Source: Takakia lepidozioides
Taxonomy: Eukaryota; Plantae; Bryophyta
NCBI GenBank assembly: GCA_030704615.1
Contig: CM060731.1
Span: 38,254,001-38,318,000, forward strand
DNA: 64,000 nt
Direction of reading: 5' to 3'
Below are positions 51,601-64,000 of the stretch, piece after piece. The notes below the pieces were generated by a model. It had not been told where the DNA came from. It was given only the letters and a program-made list of their open reading frames with translations, and made no database searches. The stretch's first letter is position 1. Every line of letters starts with the position of its first letter. The position numbers and the translations under genes are program-made.

Positions 51601-52073
51601 ACGCGATGTCTGAGGTACAGCACCGGCCCTGCCGGTCCGGTCCGTCAGAGTTGCCGGAACACACCCCTAGCCTTGTTCATACGTCAAAGTGGAGCATTTT
51701 TCATTCATCCATGGCGTCAGCCGATTCCTCCCCGATAAAGTGTCAGGCCGCCTCCGGGGCCCCGCATCCAATAGTGTTAATAAGTGGGCTATGCGTTCAC
51801 GGAATGTCTTTGCAATTTTTGTTCTTGTGGGCGGGCAGCACAGATAATTATAGAGAGAAACCGGAAGGTGAAAGTAAAAGATGGGTTACTTATCTCTGTC
51901 GTTGGAGCCCATAACTGACCCCCTTCTCCATGTCCCCATCAATTTCGTGTATGTTGACAGGATGAAGCTTGGGTCACTCCGGTCCCGAATATCAAAAAAT
52001 ATTCTCGCACCCTCCTACTGGAAGCAATCACATCTCGCGTGAGTTATTTTTAGATGGGTCCGGGAGGGAGATT

Positions 52074-52700
52074 GTCCTGGACAACCATTTAGGTGATAAT
52101 TAATTCAAAATGAAAGTGCCTAATCAATTCTGTGATTTTTTCAGATTTTGGCCTAATTGTTGGGAAATTATGGGACCAATGTGTCCCGATGCCCAAAAAT
52201 TCCACCAAAAAACTTGCAAGCCTCTTCTCATGTTGTTTGTAATAAGATCAAAATTTATTTGAACAAAAATCAATACAAATATATGCGTGCGGAAATAACT
52301 AGCCTACCAGCCTACCACAACTCAAGAGTACCGTTATGTAAGACCAGGCACTACCAATATGAAAACCAGTGTAGTGTGGACGCTCAATATTGAACTCACC
52401 TAAAGTGTGAGAGCGAAGGGAAAGCTTGCATGTACCAGCTTGAGCCTTGGAGCACCGCGTAGGGGCATTTTTAGAGTTTCAAAGGAAATGAAAGGTAGCT
52501 GGAGCCTGGAAGGGCCCATGGGTCTATTTTGTAATTTTATTCTTAAGAAAATAAATGTTTTCTCTTCTCATATGCCTAATTCTAAAAAATTATAGCATGA
52601 AGATGCCTAATTTGAGAAATTGTTTTCAAAACATGCCTAATTTTCTGATTCATTGATTTTATTATTAGGCACAAAAATGCCTAAACGGTTGTCCAGGGAC
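52074..52700. mobile_element. Putative MITE with ~20-bp terminal inverted repeats
   Basis: GTCCTGGACAACCATTTAGG (52074-52093) and CCTAAACGGTTGTCCAGGGAC (52680-52700) are inverted repeats, with subterminal GCCTAAT repeats. Flanks GGGAGATT and GGTAGGTT match only 6/8. Confidence 0.6.
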
Positions 52701-53630
52701 GGTAGGTTACATAAGGTCAAAAGCAACATTGACGATTGACTTTCCGTTGATGTAAGTTTGGCTGCATTGAACATGACAACTCTTAATTGAGTGGTCTCTA
52801 ATTAGGAGTTCTGGAAAATGGGCCAGCTACTTTTACAAAGGATTTAGGGGAGTAAAAGTGATTTTTTTGCCAGAAAGTGCCAATGGTTAGATGTCAGGAG
52901 CCAGTTTTTCCTACGTGGACCTGTAACAATGTGACACCCGTGATATAGCCACTTTTCTAACCCTGCCACCTTGTTATACTCGCCACATGGGTGTTGGATA
53001 GAATTTACATGTGGCCCTTGTGGGCATTTTCGAAAAGTGAAAAAAAAAGACACTGGAACTTGTTCCCCAAATTAGGTTGTTAATCAGTAACTTAATTGTG
53101 TGAAACGTGGGGATAATGATGGTCATAATTACAAATGGGACAATTAATTGAATTGAAGGGATTGAACTTGGAAGTGACCCTGAGGTGATGTTGGTTGTAC
53201 ATACATGAAGATATTATTTGGTTGTAAATGCCCACCTTCAAAGAGTTAACTATAGTAAGTATATTGTGGGGCATGGGCATGATAGAAAGCATAGAATGCA
53301 TGCAGCCGATCTCTCTCAACTTTCGTCTCAGGCAGGCTGCGCTCTCTCCAACACACACACACGCACTCTCTCTCTCACGATCTCTCTTTACATTCCAAAA
53401 AACCTATCTTCGTTGCATTGCGGAAGCCTCGATCTCTGAGTTAGCTGCATTCTCTACGAGAGTTCTCTACATTTCTAGCTGATTACATCGCAGATGTAAG
53501 GAGTGTTTAACAGCTATTTCTCAAGTCTTCCGCATTTGGTTACAGTAAACGATTTGTTGTCTTTGCTTCAGTAAGTGCGAAAGGGAACCAAGTGATAGAC
53601 AACAAAGGGCAGGGTAAAGAGAGAGGAGTC

Positions 53631-59249
<5,619 letters not shown>

Positions 59250-60020
59250 GCCAGCAACACCAAGAAGCTTGGACCTCTCCCTTCTTGGAAGTGTAAGATA
59301 GCCATGAATACCTATCATATCTATTGGTTCTCTCCTCATGCCCCTCTTGTGCTAGATAAGGCCAAGGTGGGTGCGCTTGCGTGATCACTTTACGAAAGAG
59401 CAATTTATTTACGGTGACACAATTTTGATCACCTCTGCATCCCTTAGGTTGACTCGGCATCCCATGGAAGCTTGTATTCAGATCAATCTATACCTTTAGT
59501 GGATGTAGCTGGGACATTTTGTCTCTAATTCACCATCAGCAGTGGCTTGCTTTGTGGTTGAACTTACTGGGATCAGCTTTGTTTTGAGCTTGGATTGAGG
59601 AGAGGATATAGCTTTGAGGGCATTTTGATTTGGTGGCCATTGATCCAGTTGTCAAAGTTATGAAATGGCCAACCTCACCCAATACGCTTTGGCTTCGGTG
59701 TAGTTTAGCAGGAAACTAGTTGTGTCTCTGGGTCACTGGCTCTCACTTACAGGACTTGGCTCCAACTGCTGGTGTAAATTGAAATGAAAACACTTGTCAA
59801 ATTTGTCTCCCCCATCCAATCTCATTGGCTATTTGAATTTTCGGCTGATATATTTATATCTTCAGTCACTCTCCAGGGATGTTTGATTTTCGTTTGTGGT
59901 GATGGAGCTCTCTGAAGTGAATGAATGTAAGTACGAAGCATAGTGTGATGAGAGGTAGGTGCATACTCCCCAACCTACTCTGGACAAGCAAAGTTTGCAA
60001 GCATGATTCTTGGTTTTGAC

Positions 60021-60627
60021 CAGTGTTGGACTGGTATACCGATAGGAAACTGGTATCAATATTGGTATGTATACTGGTATGAAGTACCAGACCAGTCTGG
60101 TATCACCTCAGGCCACTACCTAGCATATACCTGTATTGGCCTGGTATCTGCTTCCTCATACTGTGGACGATACCCTACCTGTCTTGGTAGGTGGTTGAAA
60201 ATCTGGTACCTGATACCAGTACCAGATCCATTTTTGTGAGGAAAACCTAGGCATGAATATGGACGGCGCAATATGCACGATATGGATGCAGCTTTCAATA
60301 AGCAGAATGTGATTGTACCGTTGAGCCAATTCAATGAGAAGCATGCTTGTACGCATGTATATGTGAAGTGGGCCTTTCAATATTACCATATCGTGAATTT
60401 GTTTGATACCATACCAGTATTGATATTACCCTGGTATCGATTTCTAGATACTATTGCTATTGATACCCGTAAAACACCACACCAATCATGTATTATTGAT
60501 ACCACCAGGGTATCCAAATCTCAGATTTTTGCCAAATACTAGTACCTCCCAGGTATCACAATTGGCCGGAGGCCTATATACCAGTACCAGCCTGGTGTGT
60601 TGAAAATACGATACCAATCCAACACTG
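60021..60627. mobile_element. hAT-type MITE (607 bp)
   Basis: TIRs CAGTGTTGGACTGGTAT and ATACCAATCCAACACTG. Perfect 8-bp TSD GTTTTGAC at 60013-60020 and 60628-60635. Many internal TGGTAT/ATACCA repeats. Confidence 0.9.
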
Positions 60628-61578
60628 GTTTTGACACGTACGAATTATATGCTGCCTCCTCATTTATGAGACACTAAGTGCCTAGGGTGATGTATGTGAT
60701 GTATACAGCAGTTTTGAAGCACCCCCAATATAGAATATGCATCACAACTCTTTAAGCATGTGTACCAGGCAGAAGGCTTCAGCTGGAAAACTGCTTAGTC
60801 TTTACACCTCCCAGCATTTAATGCTTTACTAGAAGTACAGAAATATCCACCTACAAAGAAACAATGAAGAACACACGGCATCATAGATACCACTTCATAC
60901 ACCATATCATACCTTCAACATTAAGAAACTTTTTGTCAATGCAATATTTCAATTAAGGACAGGTTTTGGTGAGAAGCTACTTTTGAACCCAACCATTGCA
61001 TTTGCTGCTAGGGGCAAAATAAAGATATCTAAAACATGACAACACAATATCCACAAATGACACAACAACAGGGTCCCTCAAAAACCTTATCAGTAATATA
61101 TCTGCTTCAGTTGGTGAATGTTCTATACTAATGTAAGATGAAGAGCCTGCAAAACCCTCTGACTAGGAAGCAATGCAGTCAGCACAAGCGACATCAAAAG
61201 CTTTATGCGAGAGAAGGAAACTATCAGTGAGGACTCCATGGAAACGGGTCCCAAACTTGACAACAAAGCTTTCTCATCAACTATTAAGCTAAATGTACAG
61301 ATTATCCCTGCAGAATTATATGCTTCCCTCTTTTATGTCCTTCTATGCATGGCCTCCGCATGCGACTGCCAGCAATAAATAGGCACGTACTTCACTCTCC
61401 ACCCTTCTACAGCTAGCTAGGCTGCCAAGTGGCAACACAAATGTAGAGACAACCTCTAATCCTAAGTATGGAAGTGTCATTCAGAAAGGACACTAGTGCC
61501 ATCCCACCTGTGCTGTAATCTGGACAGCTTCTATCTAGGCCGACCCAGTTAAGCCTCACAAGCACAGGCCCCAACCGC

Positions 61579-63964
61579 CTATGCCAAATACTTGAACATG
61601 TTAGGGTTGTCCTTGTCTCGCTCTAGATACTCACGAGCAATCAGATCCTCAACGCGCTTTTTGATCACCTTGAAATCAGGCTGCCAATCCATCAACCCCA
61701 CCAGCAATTTTTGTTTTGTTAATAAATGTTCTACCCCCATGAGAACTGTACATGAAAACTTCCCCTTCATAGAGCTCAAGTTGATTCTTGAAGGCGCTGT
61801 CTGCTAGAGAAAAAAATTACAACTAAAGTTTCTGCATTGTTTCTGCTTGTAGTAAGGTGCAGAATGGGCACAAAACAGTGATGTTGATGTTCTAGAATAT
61901 GTAAACTGCACATAAAGCTTGCCCTTCATACAGATGAAGTTGATTCTCAGAATGTTTATAAAACTAGCCTAGCAGGCTTGTTTCTGCTGTAGTAAGGTGC
62001 ACCATGGGTACATCAAAACAATGCTGACTTTCTCGAATATTCACACTTTGTTACTATCTCAAAGTCTAACTAACACCTCTATGGGATAGTCCAAACATTA
62101 ATTTGAGAGGGAGTGAGAGAAAGAGACCTTGAACATGCGCCCAAGTTGTTCAACACACTCCAGGACCAGTTGTTGGTGTGGCAACACTTTGCGGCTTTTC
62201 ATGATGCGAACAATGGAAGCATCAATGGCATAACGCCTATCCTTATCCACATCCTCTATCACCTTCTTCTTTTCATCCATTGGCGGCAATGGAATCTGCA
62301 AACCCAGCATCCCGTCCCCGATATGGACATTAGCAGGTCAGACATTTATTCTAACTTCTGGTGGTGTATCTTCAAGATTGTTGCATGACAATAATAAGTA
62401 GCTCCCCAAGTGGAAAATACTACTACTTACACGCTTACCAATAGTTCTGTCTTCAACATACATGTTAGAGGAGATTATAGAACCAGGCACCCACAGGGTA
62501 CAGAGGCTCTTGTTTACGCTGACTTGAGAAGACTCTCTTACGAGATTGCATACATCAATTGACATGGGTTGATCCAACCCATTCTTAATACTTTTTTGTA
62601 AAGCCAACACGACCGCTTGTATTAAGTGAAACTACAACTTGCATATCAAACAACATGGAAACCAATGGCTGACGATTTTCAAGAGCAAGTAAACCTTGAT
62701 TCGCCTCATCTTGTCAGTGAACTTGGTGTTGAACTCAAAAAAGTCGTTCTGGCCCACCGATTTGGAATTGGGGTCCTTGTTCAGTATCTTGTACTTGGCA
62801 CATGATAGAGAATGCAACAATCTGACAATATCTTCATCGGTAAGATTCAACTGCCCCTTGATGTCAGTATAGCTCAACCTCTCCGCTGCATTGAATAGCA
62901 GCAGCACTGCAGCCTGCCAGACATCGACACTGCTGTATTTAGAGCAGAGGGATACAGGGACAACAGAGCAAGAAACCAGGAGGATGATTCAGGTGACGCT
63001 GTCACAACTAGTAACTTCACAACCTAAGGGAGCCTCTTGCATACTGATGCAATCATAGCGATGCAATTTGCTGCCTGAGCTTCCCACATCAGCATATGCC
63101 ACCTTCAAGAAAAGTAGCATTTCGGGTAGAGCTACATCCACTGGATAATTTTCTGATTTATATAATTTGATAACCACTGGGTTCCGGTATTGGGTATTAA
63201 GTACGTAATACCCGTCAATTTTGGGTGGTGAAAACAGCTAAATGTCAAGAAAGGTAATAAAATCCTAAAACAATTCGAAGATATCTTGGACTAGCCCCAA
63301 AACAGAATGTGTCTCGAGAGTATTGAATGTCTCATTTTCATGTATAACCCAAGCGATAAAAGCAACTTATCAGACAGGTGCCACATATATGGCAAACTAC
63401 AGCAACCCAGAAAGACAAGAAACGTCCAATATGGTAATCTAGTAAAAAGCTGTCAACAGGGGGAATAATAATATTTCATATTCACTGAGACACTACAAAA
63501 TTGCCAGCTAGCAGATTCTGTAGGTGGGATCATCATATATGGTCAGTTTGGGTCAGGCTAGCAGACGTGGCCATTTTACGGGACGGGGGATCCCTCCAAG
63601 GTCTTGCTCAATTTGGATTCAGATATTTAGCAGTTGACCATAGGAATTCAGACTAGAGAAATGCGGCAACTACCTATGGTAAGGAACTTGTTCATCTGTC
63701 TTGCACAACGAAACAGCCTTAGCAGATCAGTCAAGTTAAACCATGACGACTTGCGAACAGAAATGAAGGAGTCCACAAGCTGTAAGACCATATTATTCTG
63801 GAGCATTCACGAGTACGTACCTGATAAGTTGTGACAATAAGCTCAATTGGCTTGGCATCAAACTTTCCAATTATGTTACATGTTCCCAAGGAGTATATCC
63901 AGGTCAATTTGCGGTGTTTTGTTTTTGTCTGATAGAACTCTTTGAACACCTCAACACACTTAAC
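61579..63964 (-). CDS. CUL1: Cullin-1, last four exons (gene continues beyond the window)
   Basis: Exons 63821-63964, 62695-62913, 62128-62295 and 61579-61680. They encode [25 protein letters not shown], the neddylation region [18 protein letters not shown], and [28 protein letters not shown]. Confidence 0.95.
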
Positions 63965-64000
63965 CTGCACAGCAGACACTCTAGTGAGAATAGAGAATTA

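Noticed and set aside
53494-53499. Minimal ATG-TAA uORF regulating ACL5
   Set aside because: It could equally be a 5' UTR splice donor (GAT|GTAAGG), and the transcript start is unknown.

Overview
Eukaryotic nuclear DNA, most likely a non-seed land plant with flagellated sperm, judging from a MYCBPAP-like gene alongside chlorophyll b reductase and thermospermine synthase. Host genes are MYCBPAP-like (1216-6614 +), NOL chlorophyll b reductase (8504-15991 +), ACL5 thermospermine synthase (53631-59249 +) and the 3' end of CUL1 (61579-63964 -). A frameshifted, intronless, fungal-type Uma2/PD-(D/E)XK-like gene (~18.55-19.42 kb) precedes a deleted, pseudogenised tandem copy (19.5-26.1 kb) of the 4.5-17.4 kb segment. 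The most notable object is a ~11.7-kb Mutator-like transposon inserted into an L1 LINE (9-bp TSD GCATCTACC) and later broken by a ~9.5-kb inversion (~39233-48690). It encodes a GCM-like/DDE/SWIM transposase and, divergently, an intron-containing accessory gene that fuses a ParB/Srx-like domain (DGNHRL) to a beta-class N6-adenine/N4-cytosine DNA methyltransferase-like domain. About 17 copies of one 22-26-bp palindrome family occur only in the element's introns and in a subterminal 42-bp-period array. Together these suggest a self-targeting epigenetic module carried by a transposon. This copy is inactive (frameshifts, a stop, the inversion). All assignments come from reading the sequence and recognising motifs; no database searches were run.
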